This document shows positions 8,715-19,020 of a DNA stretch of 64,000 bases, piece after piece. The stretch comes from an uncultured delta proteobacterium (GTDB lineage Bacteria; Desulfobacterota; Binatia; Binatales; Binataceae). How positions within the stretch are numbered: position 1 is the stretch's first letter; the number at the start of each line of letters is the position of its first letter. The translations under genes were made by a program, and so were the position numbers. The notes beneath the pieces are model-generated. The model made no database searches. It saw nothing but the letters and a program-made list of their open reading frames with translations, and was not told the origin of the DNA. The stretch is taken from positions 224,001 through 288,000 of the forward strand of contig CAVQEQ010000003.1 of the NCBI GenBank assembly GCA_963711565.1, given 5' to 3'.

Positions 8715-11649
8715 CTACTGGGCGGCAGTGCCGGGATTCTCATTCAGTTCATCGAGCAAGGCCTTGGCCTCTTTGAGTGCGAGCGTATCGAAGCCCTCAA
8801 TGAACCAGCCATAGGTCTCGCCGAGCAGCGCGCGAGCCTCCGCGCGGCGCCCCTGCCCTTTGAGCCATCGCGCAAAAGGAGTCGCCGCCTGGAGCTCGAA
8901 GTACCTGGCGTTCTGATCGCGCGCACATTGGAGCGCTTCGCGGTATGCCGCGGCAATCGCCGAAGCGTCGGCGTTGCTCTGAGCGAGCAGTTCCGCCCGC
9001 TGCCGAAGGGCCGGCGATCTGACTACGGCGTGCTCTTCCGAATCGACGAGAACCTCGGCGACGAGAGCGAGACCGTGGTCAGTCTGCTGCCGGCTGGCGA
9101 AGTATTCCGCCTCATCCAGCTTGGCCCATCGCATATGCGAGAGCAGGCCGCTTTCCTTGTGGAGCGGAACCGCCCGGCGCGAGCAGTCCACCCCTTTCCT
9201 GCCAGCGGCCTTGAAGCATGAGCGCGCGCCCCATGTTCTGGTCGGCCATACATTGAAATACCGGTTGCCGAGCGGCCACACGCCCTAAAGCCTGGGCATG
9301 CTCCAAAGCCCGGTCTGCGTCGCGGAGAAAGCCGCTGACCATGCCACCCCACATATGCGCAACGCCCAGCCAGAACGGATGATCGCGACGCTGCGCGCGG
9401 CGCAGGCCGGCTTGCAACAACTGACGTGCCCGATCGGGAAAGCCGAGCAGCAGAGACGGTATTGCCGCAAGCGCGAGCGCGTCGATCCCCATCGCTCCCA
9501 GTTCGGTCCGATTGTCTTCGTGGTAGAAACTGTCAGCCAGTTCGAGGTGATCGCGCGCCTCGGTAAATTGGGCACACGCCATGAGAGTGGCCGCAAGACG
9601 CGCATGCGCCCCGCAGAGCGCCGCGCGATCCCTGCTATGCTCGGCCGCCAGCAATGCCAGCGTTCCCAGATCAAGTGCCAATTTGAACTGCCCGTTCCCG
9701 TCGGCGACCGACTTTTGGCCCATCAGCACCCGCAAGAGCTGATCGGTCTCGCCAAGCTTTCTCGCCAATTCTTCCGCACGCGCAAAGGCCCGACCCGTCT
9801 CCTGATGCGACCAGCTACGTGAGCCGCGCAGCACCGTCCCAAGCGCCATCTGGACTTCGATCTCTTGGTGATCGCGTGCCGCACTTTCCGGCAACTCCGT
9901 CAGGAGTTCGATGGTACGGCGGTAATGATTCTCCGCCTCCGCGGTGGCGCCGCGTCTGACCGCCCGCCTTCCGGCTTGCCGCAGGTATTTGATCGCCTTC
10001 ATCCTGTCGTTGGCGCGACTGTAGTGATGCGCAAGCTCGGTGGCGACTTCATCCGCACGTTCGCCGTAGCCGGTCTCTTCGCGCGCCGCAATCAGCCGAT
10101 GAAGGTCCATCCGATCTGCGGGCGAGAGCAAGTCGTAAATGATCTCCTGATAGAGCGCGTGATGAAACCGAAAGCCGGCTGCCACGGTGCCATCCGGCCA
10201 TTCGACGGGGCCGTTTGCGGTGACGAATTGCTTCTGTCGCGACAGCCGCGTGAAGCACGCCTCGACTTCCCTCTGCGGGCGTTCGAGCGCCGCCGCGACT
10301 GAAGCGGCCGAGAACTCTGCGCCGACGATGCTGGCGCCCTCGAGTACCGCCTGTTCCTCCGCTTGCAGTTGGTGCAGATTGCGCTCGATCATCTCGCGGA
10401 TGCTGCGCGGTGCATCGAGACCAAACGAGCGCAGCGCCTCAACCGCCGCGCCGGCGTCGCCGGAGCTCGGCGACAATCCCGCTTCGACCAGGTAATCGAC
10501 CACACTGACCATGAACAGCGGATTACCGTCGGTGCGTGCGTGGATAGCAGGTGCGAGGCTGTCGAATTTCACTGGACTATCGGCCGCAAAGCGGCGCGCG
10601 AGGTAGCTCGTAACGTCCTTTTCGTTCAGCAGCTTGAGCGACAACTCTTCGTAGTAGCGATGGAGACCGAGCTCGTGACTCATCGTGCGGAGCGGATGCT
10701 CGTAGGCAAGCGCCTCGACCGGCCGGTTGCTCCCAACAATCAGCAACCGCGCCGGCTCGGTCCGCCGCGCAACCGCGGAGATTAGCTCGAGCGTCGAGAA
10801 ATCGCTCCAGTGTAAATCTTCAAGCACCAGAACCAACGGCACGTCCGCTGCCAGCGCTTCCAGCGCCTCCGTCATCTCGCGCAGCATTAGATTCCGTGTC
10901 ACATCCTCATTCTGCGCCTGCATCCGCGCGCGCTCTTCAGGCGTCTGCAAAGCCGGCATCTGTGACAACCATGTGGGAGCGAAGCGGTTCAGAAGTTCAA
11001 TCACGCGACTGTTGCCGGGCTCCTGACCCAGGCGACTCAGCGCCTCCAGCACCGGCATGTACGGCTCGCCCGATCCGTACTGCTCGACGCACTGGCCGCG
11101 AGAGACGCGCACCGCGCCCCGTTGCGCAAGCGAATCGAGGAAGGACTGAACGAACGTGGTCTTGCCGATGCCGGCTTCGCCGACAACGAAGACTACGCGG
11201 CGATGACCCTGCAGGACATGCGAATACCAATCCTGCAGTTGCTCCATCTCCTGCTCGCGCCCGACCACCATCGGCGCAGGACCGTTCGATGCCGGCGGCG
11301 GCCGTTCAGGATCCAACTCCTGCGTAGCCGCGATCTTCACGTCCGCGATGATACGGTAGCAGCGGCGATGCACGGTCTCGATGAAGCGTGGTGTCTTGGC
11401 CTCGTCACCCAGCGCCTTGCGCAGTTCGGCAACGCAGGTCGCCGGCATCGAGTCGCTGACTATAACCTCCGCCCATACAGCATCGAGCAGCGCCGCCTTG
11501 GTCACCAGCTCACCGGGATGATCGACCAGATAGCGAAGCACATCGAAGGTCTTGCGCCTCAGCCTGATCTCCTTATCGCCCCGCCAAAACTGAGCGTTAA
11601 CAGGATCGAGGCGAAACGGGGGGAAAACGTGAATGGGTCCGTTGGCCAT
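8715..11649 (-). pseudogene. winged-helix + AAA ATPase + TPR transcriptional regulator, single frameshift near 9195
   Basis: OmpR-like wHTH N-terminus, GEAGIGKT Walker A, LEDLHW; the C-terminus (YGWFIEGFDT..LKEAKALL) lies in another frame, and removing one base at 9195-9197 joins them. Confidence 0.85.
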
Positions 11650-11794
11650 GAGCGCTTATTCAAAGGGTCGAAATGCGAAAATCACAACAATTGAGTCCAA
11701 ACTGCATCAAAGTTGCATCCGACTCACAAGACTTCAATCCGCGCCAGGTTTACCTTGCGCTTGCAGAGGCGCGAGACGATCAAAGAGGACGACA

Positions 11795-13906
11795 ATGATG
11801 AATAGTAGAAGGCTTTTGTTACGGTTCCTTTCTCATGGAGCGGCTCTTGTCGGGGCTTTGTTTCTGACACTGGCGACGGCGGGCGTGGCCAGTGCTGGAC
11901 CGACACACATAGGATCGGTTCAGGGCCTTGTCGAGAGCGACGGCGTCGGATTGAGGAACTATCAAGTCTCGCTGTACGCCTCTCTGCCGAACGGCGGGGG
12001 CTGGCAGTCTCTCGCTCACACCACAACCGACGCGACGGGTCATTTCACGATGACCTATTCGGTTCCGCAGACGCAGAGCGGGCAACCGCAACCGCCGCTG
12101 TTTGTTGAAGCAGTGTCCGGCCCCGTTATGCTCGCAAGTGCGATCGGCAACGTGGGCAACGTTCCTCAGAATGTGGTTATCAACGAACTCACTACCGTCG
12201 CGACCGGCAACGCTTTCGCGCAATTCATCGGCAACGGTGGCATCCAGGGTAACCCCTACGGCATAAGCAACGCAGTGCAGATGGCGGCCAATCTCGCCGA
12301 TCCACAAAGCGGCGATGCCGGCGTCGTACTGGCCTCATTGCCGAATGCGACGGAGACGTTGACCCTGGCGACTTTTAATTCGCTGACCAACGCCGTGGCA
12401 AGCTGTGTAGCAGTCGCCAATAACTGCGCGAAGCTGTTTGCGGCGGCCACACCGCCGGGCGGTCCAACTCCGGCCAACGTGCTCCAGGCGGTGGCGAACG
12501 TCGTGAAAAATCCATCCTACCTCAAGCCGAATGGCACGCCTGCGCCGGACGATCCGCTCTTCGACCTGTCGGAGCAAAGGAAAATATACAGTCCCTATCT
12601 GGCCCAACGCCCGACGAACTGGCTGCTGTTTCTCAAGATTACGGGAGGTTTCTACAGCGACCAGGACCAAGACAATCTTTTGAACGGTCCAGCCAATTTC
12701 GCTATCGACAAGCAGGGCTCCGTCTGGGTAGCCAACAACTACATTCCCGAGCCGCCGAGCGAGACCGCCTGCGCCGGCAACCAGATGAACAGGTTTACTC
12801 CCTGGGGCGCGGTTTATCCCGGTTCGCCGTATTTTCGCGGCGGCGTGGACCGCGCCGGATACGGCATCACGTTTGATCCGAGCAACAATCTCTGGCAGGC
12901 GAATTTCGGCTTCCAGGATCCGCCTTGCGCCTCGACTCCAGAGGCGGCGACGAACGACAGCGTTTCGCTCTTCAAAGACGACGGTACCGCGCTGTCCCCT
13001 TCCACTGGAATCACCGCAGGCGACATTTCGTGGCCACAGGGAGTTGTGTCGGATCACCACGGCAACATCTTTGTCGCCAATTGCGGCAACGATTCGGTCA
13101 CAGAAATACCGGGAGGACATACCGATCTGGCGTTCAACATCAAACTGAAAGACGCGAGCCAAACTCCAGGCGAACCGCAAGTGAAGCCGTTCGGCATCGC
13201 GCTCGATCTCAGCGGCAACGCATGGATCACCGACAACTACAACAATACAGTTTCGATCGTCTCTCCATCAGGCCATCTGATCGATACTCTACCGGGCACC
13301 TACAATGGCAAGTCGGTGCTGACTCATCCGGTAGGCAACGCCGCCGACAGCAAGGGGAACGTATGGGTTGCCAACTCGGACTGGCTCGATGTGCCCTGTC
13401 CGAACGCAACTGCTGGTGCGGGAGTTAATCCGTCGATCACCTTGTATCCGACGAATACTCGCGCGCCATACAAGGGCTCGCCTTTCACCGGCGGTGGTCT
13501 TACCATTCCGTGGGGAATCGCCGTCGATGGGAGCGACACCGTTTGGGTCTTTAACTTTGGATCCGTACCGGTGAATCCGATGGCCTGCGCTCAAACCGGT
13601 ACCAACCAATTCGCCTGTGCCCCGACCGGCATAAGCCGCTTTTGCGGCACCAACACCAATTCCTGTCCGGCGGGGCTGCAATATGTCGGAGCCCCGCTAT
13701 CGCCCAAGGGCACCGGCTATCAGAGCAACGCACTGATGCGAATCACGGGAGGCCAAATCGATCAGTCGGGGAATATTTGGATCACGGGTAACTGGAAGAT
13801 CAATGCGACGCCGAACATGAATCCCGGCGGAAACTCAATTGCAATCGCAATCGGAGCCGCGGCACCAGTACAGACGCCGCTGATCGGTCCGCCCGTCCCG
13901 TTTTAA
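11795..13906 (+). CDS. secreted NHL-repeat/beta-propeller protein
   Basis: Signal peptide; repeated P.GIA.D..GN.WV.N units; GAGGA RBS. Confidence 0.85.
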   Translation: MMNSRRLLLRFLSHGAALVGALFLTLATAGVASAGPTHIGSVQGLVESDGVGLRNYQVSLYASLPNGGGWQSLAHTTTDATGHFTMTYSVPQTQSGQPQPPLFVEAVSGPVMLASAIGNVGNVPQNVVINELTTVATGNAFAQFIGNGGIQGNPYGISNAVQMAANLADPQSGDAGVVLASLPNATETLTLATFNSLTNAVASCVAVANNCAKLFAAATPPGGPTPANVLQAVANVVKNPSYLKPNGTPAPDDPLFDLSEQRKIYSPYLAQRPTNWLLFLKITGGFYSDQDQDNLLNGPANFAIDKQGSVWVANNYIPEPPSETACAGNQMNRFTPWGAVYPGSPYFRGGVDRAGYGITFDPSNNLWQANFGFQDPPCASTPEAATNDSVSLFKDDGTALSPSTGITAGDISWPQGVVSDHHGNIFVANCGNDSVTEIPGGHTDLAFNIKLKDASQTPGEPQVKPFGIALDLSGNAWITDNYNNTVSIVSPSGHLIDTLPGTYNGKSVLTHPVGNAADSKGNVWVANSDWLDVPCPNATAGAGVNPSITLYPTNTRAPYKGSPFTGGGLTIPWGIAVDGSDTVWVFNFGSVPVNPMACAQTGTNQFACAPTGISRFCGTNTNSCPAGLQYVGAPLSPKGTGYQSNALMRITGGQIDQSGNIWITGNWKINATPNMNPGGNSIAIAIGAAAPVQTPLIGPPVPF

Positions 13907-13959
13907 CAAGCGCCCGGCCTTGTCGTCCCGGTTGGGATTTGTCCGATGCGCCAGGCAAG

Positions 13960-13995
13960 GAGTGGAGGGCGCGCCGAGCGGCGCGCCCTCCACTC
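13960..13995. terminator. 17-bp perfect inverted repeat (hairpin) after the beta-propeller gene
   Basis: GAGTGGAGGGCGCGCCG-AG-CGGCGCGCCCTCCACTC; no U-tract. Confidence 0.5.
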
Positions 13996-14175
13996 GCAAG
14001 AAGGTTTCGACAACGCGACGAGCATCTTCGTCGCGCTTGCAGCACATAGGGCTGTGCCCGACACCAGCAGGTCACGCAGTCAGGCGCGGCAACTCCCGTA
14101 GGTCCTGCACGATGTCTTTCGAATATCCATGTGCCGCTGGAGAACCACTTCATCGTCGTCACGCGAACTGCTGAC

Positions 14176-14236
14176 TGCCGGGGGCGGGGGTCGAACCCGC
14201 ACGGAGGTTACCCTCCAGAGGATTTTAAGTCCCCTG
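14176..14236 (-). tRNA. 3' fragment of tRNA-Leu(UAA), att site of the genomic island
   Basis: Minus strand reads GGGGA-CTTAAAA-TCCTC anticodon arm, GGAGG-GTAA-CCTCC variable arm, GCGGG-TTCGACC-CCCGC T arm, then CCCCGGCA; the D arm and 5' acceptor strand are absent. Confidence 0.9.
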
Positions 14237-14282
14237 AATATAGTCCTAACTATGCGAAATTATTGGGTTTCTTTCATCACTC

Positions 14283-14310
14283 ATGTGTAAATGTGTAACT
14301 TTATGTGTAA
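14283..14310. repeat. three ATGTGTAA direct repeats, putative integrase arm sites
   Basis: Copies at 14283, 14291 and 14303 in AT-rich DNA next to the att core. Confidence 0.65.
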
Positions 14311-14453
14311 GTTTTGAAGTAAATCCGACTGGTCTTGAAGGCCTGTCAGGCCGGTTTGCAGGCTCCAGGGCGAGCGATGGGCATCGATGTCAGAGGTCCT
14401 TCGGTTCGGGCCGCAGGCGGTCGCTTTGACGTACATAATTTTTCCTCATCATT

Positions 14454-14666
14454 CTACTCATGCTTCGGACACCGGGAAATCAGCTTGCGAGTTTTTGCGC
14501 ACACCGGGCACGGTGACGGCTTAAGTTTCAGCAAATCGCGCAAGGGCTGCAAGACTTCGGTTTCAAACTCGCGGCTTGCCGGCGTCATGCTGTCGAGCGC
14601 CTCGATGACGCCAATCGCTTCCTTCAATCCTGTCCTCAACGCTCCGACGTATTGGGTTGCGTTCAC
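14454..14666 (-). CDS. small hypothetical protein (CxxC near the C-terminus)
   Basis: GTG start with GAGGA RBS, downstream of ssb; 70 aa. Confidence 0.5.
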   Translation of the reverse strand: MNATQYVGALRTGLKEAIGVIEALDSMTPASREFETEVLQPLRDLLKLKPSPCPVCAKTRKLISRCPKHE

Positions 14667-14734
14667 GGGATTCCTCCTGTGTGTTGAGATTGATTGAGGG
14701 AGAGCCGCTTGCGCGGCCCTCCCGGCAGCATTTC

Positions 14735-15106
14735 CTAGAATGGAGCGTTTGCAGCCGGCTGGGCCGCCGCATCGCCGCGCCGTCCCAAGAACCGGATTTG
14801 CCGCGCGACGATTTCCGTGCGGTAACGCTTGCCGCTGCCGTCCTTCGCCTCGTACTCGCGGGTCGTCAGCCGTCCTTCGACGTAGACCTGGCGCCCCTTG
14901 CTGAGATACTCCGCGCATGTTTCGGCCAGCTTCCCGAAGGCCACGATGCGGTGCCATTCAGTCCGTCGCTGCTTCCCGCCATTGCGGTCGGTAAACCGCT
15001 CGGTCGTCGCCAGCGAAAGATTCGCCACGCTCTGACCCGACGGAAGAGTCCGCGCCTCGGGAGTCGCACCCAGATTGCCGATCACCGTTACACTGTTTAC
15101 TGCCAT
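14735..15106 (-). CDS. ssb: single-stranded DNA-binding protein
   Basis: MAVNSVTVIGNLG..PE.R...TEWHRIVAFGKLAE...KGRQVYVEGRL; C-terminal PF. Confidence 0.96.
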   Translation of the reverse strand: MAVNSVTVIGNLGATPEARTLPSGQSVANLSLATTERFTDRNGGKQRRTEWHRIVAFGKLAETCAEYLSKGRQVYVEGRLTTREYEAKDGSGKRYRTEIVARQIRFLGRRGDAAAQPAANAPF

Positions 15107-15123
15107 TTTCCTTCCTCCTGCGC

Positions 15124-15237
15124 CCGCTTCCCGTCTTCGGGCAGGGCGTTTGTTCCGTTTGCTTTGTGTCCCAAATGAAAAGAGGGAATTTTTTTTCCGG
15201 CCTCTCAAAAAAGAGTGGAGGCCGGAGAAAAAAATAA
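15124..15237. repeat. dispersed ~110-bp repeat, copy 1 (upstream of ssb)
   Basis: Near-identical to 32228-32336; contains the CCGGCCTCTC-AAAAAA-GAGTGGAGGCCGG hairpin. Confidence 0.9.
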
Positions 15238-15499
15238 GTCGGGGTGGAGCGGCGGTTGGGCGGTTACAATTTTGGATCGCGAAGACGCGGCGTCCTGCGG
15301 ACGCAGGACAGGACTGTTTTACCTTCTTTAATGCGGTTCGCGTCAAGGATTTTTTTACGTTTTGATTTTGCCCTGGCCAAGGACGCGCGACGCGGCAAGC
15401 CACCTCTTTAAATGCGGTTCGCGTCAAGGATTTTTTACGTTTTCATTTTGCCCTCTCCGTTAAAGCGATCGATGATGTCATCCCCATGCGAGCCTCGGC

Positions 15500-15740
15500 A
15501 GGTATCACGCTTCTTTCCGGGATCGGCGCCAGCATGAGCTTGCGTGAGGCGCGCCGTCCCAAATGACTGTCCATTCGAAGAGTGAAGCGGAACCATCTGG
15601 CCATCGTGGTCGCTCGGTCCTGAATTTCGACCGCCTCCACTAGGTAAAAGCCGTTCTCGCTCCAGTCTCTTCCCGTCCTGCCGGACGGCTCTTCGCCGAT
15701 AGTGGCGGCGGAGAAGCTAGATAAATCGTTTACTCCTTAA
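15500..15740 (-). ncRNA. putative bridge RNA/seekRNA
   Basis: Four short segments match the reconstructed target and donor junction halves (15719-24, 15642-49, 15597-603, 15510-16); RNA ends are approximate. Confidence 0.7.
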
Positions 15741-15748
15741 GTGATGGG

Positions 15749-16795
15749 CTAAGCTGCGGCCGCCAGCGCGTCAACGCCAGGCTGATTGAACCGGAACTCG
15801 GTTCCATCGCGCCACATCGCGTGCAGGATTACCGCGAGTCTGCGCGCTACCGCCACGCAGGCTTTTTTCTTCGAGCTGCGTTTAGCAAGGCGCAGGCCCC
15901 AAGCCTTCAGTGCACTCGGCTTGCCACGGGTGAGAAGCACAGTGGCGGCTTCAAAGAGATGCGATCGCAAGAACGCGTCGCCGCACTTGGTGATATGGCC
16001 GTCATAATCCACTTCCCCGGATGCATACTTCCTGGGTGTCAATCCGACCGCTGCGCCCACCGCCTTTGAACGCGCAAACCTTTGCGGCCGATCGATGGAT
16101 GTTTTGTACAAAAGGGCGGTCAAGGGTCCGATCCCTGGAGCCGTCATGAACCGACGGCATACTTCATCATCCCTGACGTGATCCAGAATCATCTTCTCCA
16201 GTTTCATCATCTGGACGATAAGCTCGCGCCGCACGGCCAGCATCGGAAAGATGTAAGCCTGGAGTTCCTGGTCGTCTCCAATCAGCTCGCGGATGCGCGG
16301 TTCATAAGAGCGAATCGTAACCTTGCCGGTCTTCATGCCGAACACTTTGAGCGTTCCCCGGATTTGACTGTCAATGTCGAGCCGCTTGTCCAGAAGGCAG
16401 CGGCGATTGTTGAGCAGAACGCGGAGCTTCTGACTGACGTGGCTTTTCAGGTGGACTTCTCGATACCAGCCAGTGCGCATGATGTGCGCAATGCCTCGGG
16501 CATCGTTGCGGTCAGTCTTGACTTGCTGTGCTTTAAGCGCCGCTTTCGCGTGCCGGGTTTCTATGCAGATGGCCGGATAGTTCAAGGACAAAAGCTCATG
16601 GCACAGCCAGGGCGTAAGACCGCCAGCTTCCAGGCCAACTCTCTCCATGGCGAGTCCGAGCTTGCCGAGCCACTCGTGGATGGCGGCAGGCTCCGTAGGC
16701 ACCTCGCCTTCGCGCACGATGTCGCCGTCCTGGTTCACGACGCACAACGCCGTGCTGTTCAATGACACGTCCAGACCGCAGAAATATTTCTTCAT
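15749..16795 (-). CDS. IS110 family transposase/recombinase
   Basis: DEDD RuvC-like motifs GLDVS, GLEAG, KTDRNDA; PGIG; catalytic-serine motif ASG; AVARRLA. Confidence 0.96.
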   Translation of the reverse strand: MKKYFCGLDVSLNSTALCVVNQDGDIVREGEVPTEPAAIHEWLGKLGLAMERVGLEAGGLTPWLCHELLSLNYPAICIETRHAKAALKAQQVKTDRNDARGIAHIMRTGWYREVHLKSHVSQKLRVLLNNRRCLLDKRLDIDSQIRGTLKVFGMKTGKVTIRSYEPRIRELIGDDQELQAYIFPMLAVRRELIVQMMKLEKMILDHVRDDEVCRRFMTAPGIGPLTALLYKTSIDRPQRFARSKAVGAAVGLTPRKYASGEVDYDGHITKCGDAFLRSHLFEAATVLLTRGKPSALKAWGLRLAKRSSKKKACVAVARRLAVILHAMWRDGTEFRFNQPGVDALAAAA

Positions 16796-17109
16796 AGCTG
16801 TTCTCCGTTGTTGATGGCAGGAAAGGTGAATCTACAGCCGGAACAGATCTTTTTCTATGCAGGGTCAGACTGTTCCGCTGGCTGCCGTCGAGCCGCATTA
16901 CAGTTATCTGGCCAAGGACGCGCGACGCGGCGAGCCACCATAATCCCCGGCGCCGCCATCGGTATAGCCGCGCGTCTGATCAACCAGCGGTCAGGGTGAT
17001 ACGTTGTCGGGCATAGACCCGCGAGAAGCGCTCGAGCGCGCTGAGTGTGTATTGCCGGAGGCGGAGGCAGATAGGCCGTCGCACGTCCCGGCCAAGATGC
17101 TGGTCCTGG

Positions 17110-17757
17110 CTAAGGCGTCTGCTCGATGAAGGAAGACCTTATCGCATTAAGGCACCCGGCTGCCGGTAGGACCACCCCCCGGGGGAACCCGCCCTGATGC
17201 GGCGGGGTACCGGGAAGTGGCCCCACTCCTTCTGGCCCCGGACCGGGGGCCGCGAGAAGCCGGTTAGCAAGATTTTCGCGTTCATCTGCGGACATGGCGC
17301 TGATTCTCGTTGCCGCGCTGTCCTGCATTTTTTGTTTGAGATCACTCATAATCTTGTCGATGCTTCCGAAATGTGCGAGTACATCGGCCTTGGTCACGCT
17401 GCCCTGTTTCAGCTTTCCGGCAAATTCTTTGCGCAGATTGCCGATCCGGTCGAAGTTCTCCTGCAACGATGCAAGATTGTCTTTCATGTCTTGCGGGTGG
17501 AAAACGTCGTCCGGACCAAAGAATGGCGGCGGCGCACCCAGTTCGGGCCCACCCCCTAGCCTGCCGTCCGGCCGGACCCCCGCTAGAAAGGGAGCTGGTC
17601 CTATTCGTGGTCCATGGAACATCATCTCGCACGGCCCAAGGCTGCCATGATGACCGACTATAAGGCCGATCAGAAACACATTCAGAGCTGCGGATCCCAA
17701 CAAAAGTTTCGTGCTTCTCAGACCATTCACGTAAGCCCCCCTGTCATGGTTGTTCAC
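17110..17757 (-). CDS. periplasmic heavy-metal-sensor/Spy-like membrane-anchored protein
   Basis: LLGSAALNVFLIG anchor, Pro/Gly linker, helical domain ending MSADER; third gene of an ECF triad. Confidence 0.7.
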   Translation of the reverse strand: MNNHDRGAYVNGLRSTKLLLGSAALNVFLIGLIVGHHGSLGPCEMMFHGPRIGPAPFLAGVRPDGRLGGGPELGAPPPFFGPDDVFHPQDMKDNLASLQENFDRIGNLRKEFAGKLKQGSVTKADVLAHFGSIDKIMSDLKQKMQDSAATRISAMSADERENLANRLLAAPGPGPEGVGPLPGTPPHQGGFPRGVVLPAAGCLNAIRSSFIEQTP

Positions 17758-18125
17758 AGCATAATTTCATAAGGCGAATCCGGACCCAGTATGATGAGGT
17801 CGGCATACCCTTTGCGATATTTCACCGCCTTGAAGTGTGCCGAACCCATGTCAGAATCCGTGAAGCTCGCCATTGCAGCATCGTGCCTGCTATCTCGTGT
17901 TTCTCCGATACCCAGCGTAAAACCAGATAGCCCGATCAAAAGATACAGCACCGCATACGCAAGCCGCGTCCAATATGGGTTTTGCTCCTGAATCTGATTG
18001 GCGGCAAGGTGGGTGGCCGGCAGGAACTCTGCAATTTCGATTGCCGCAAGCACCCGCTGAAATAGAGCTTCGTCCGCACCTGCGGCGGTATAGGTATCAA
18101 GCAGCCGATCTAGATCCTTATCCAT
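17754..18125 (-). CDS. putative anti-sigma factor
   Basis: Single TM helix; overlaps the ECF sigma stop. Confidence 0.65.
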   Translation of the reverse strand: MDKDLDRLLDTYTAAGADEALFQRVLAAIEIAEFLPATHLAANQIQEQNPYWTRLAYAVLYLLIGLSGFTLGIGETRDSRHDAAMASFTDSDMGSAHFKAVKYRKGYADLIILGPDSPYEIML

Positions 18126-18675
18126 GCTTCTCCTCCTGTAAATTCTCTCTCAAATCCTGTTTCAGGTTCTGCCGAGCGCGATAGAGCAATTGTTCAAATG
18201 CGCCAAGCGGAAGCCCCATGACGTTTGCCGCCTCCTTGTTGCTGATCTGCTCGTAATAGCTGAGAATGATGGCTGCCCTCTGCCGTTCTCCTAAATCTCC
18301 TATCGCCCTGCGAACATGTGATCCGCGTTCGCGATCAATCAGAGTCTTTTCTGCGCCCGGTTTCTGGTCTTCGACCAAGTCCAGGTCGAGATTCGCGACA
18401 GGTACTTGACGGCGCTTGTGATCGATAGAGGCATTGAGCACCACTCGATAAAGCCAAGTCGAGAACTTCGCCTGCGGCTGCCAGCGCTCTGCTTCGTGCC
18501 AAATCTTGAAACATACGATCTGCGTTATATCTTCCGCATCCTGGCGATTTCCCACCATGCGCTCAGCAACGCGCACACACAAATCCATATATTTATGCAT
18601 CAACTCGCGATACGCGAGTTGATTCTTCTGCGCAATCTGCACGATCAAAAAGTGGTCGGCGTCAGAAAAGGGCAA
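18118..18675 (-). CDS. ECF sigma-70 factor (ECF1)
   Basis: DAEDITQ...FSTWLYRVVLN...L.ERQRAAIILSY...LLYRAR. Confidence 0.93.
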   Translation of the reverse strand: MPFSDADHFLIVQIAQKNQLAYRELMHKYMDLCVRVAERMVGNRQDAEDITQIVCFKIWHEAERWQPQAKFSTWLYRVVLNASIDHKRRQVPVANLDLDLVEDQKPGAEKTLIDRERGSHVRRAIGDLGERQRAAIILSYYEQISNKEAANVMGLPLGAFEQLLYRARQNLKQDLRENLQEEKHG

Positions 18676-19020
18676 ACACCTGTCTCCTCAGCTCTCCTGC
18701 GCAGACTGCTGTTTCTTTTAACGAGTGCCGCGCGAAAACCTTACGCGACAATTTCTCTTTTGCGCACTAAAGGCACAAAATGAATTTAACGGTAAATGCC
18801 TTTTCGAAAGGACTACAGATTTTATTATCTTTTGAACTGACTACGACAGCTAGCCGACAAAAGAGAACCCAGCACGCCAAATAACGCACACCCGTTTCGG
18901 AAGAGCATCAATAAAGCACCCGGCGTATATCATGGAACGAAAGAAGAGACGAGGCGAGGTGGCCCCGTCTCTTCTCCGCAGTCCGGCACTTCCTTACATC
19001 AAAGCCACCTGGGGGGAGGA

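Larger units (their letters stand above)
15323..16909 (-). mobile_element. IS110-family (IS1111-type) insertion sequence
   Basis: AG core at both ends, subterminal IRs AATGCGG(C/T)TCG, short left end, long downstream non-coding region, TTGACG -35 box at the right end. Confidence 0.88.

Noticed and set aside
14176-14236. Functional tRNA-Leu
   Set aside because: The 5' acceptor strand and D arm are missing.
15323-15454. CRISPR array call for the repeat-spacer-repeat
   Set aside because: Only two repeats, they are the IS terminus, and there are no cas genes; reported instead as an IS end structure.
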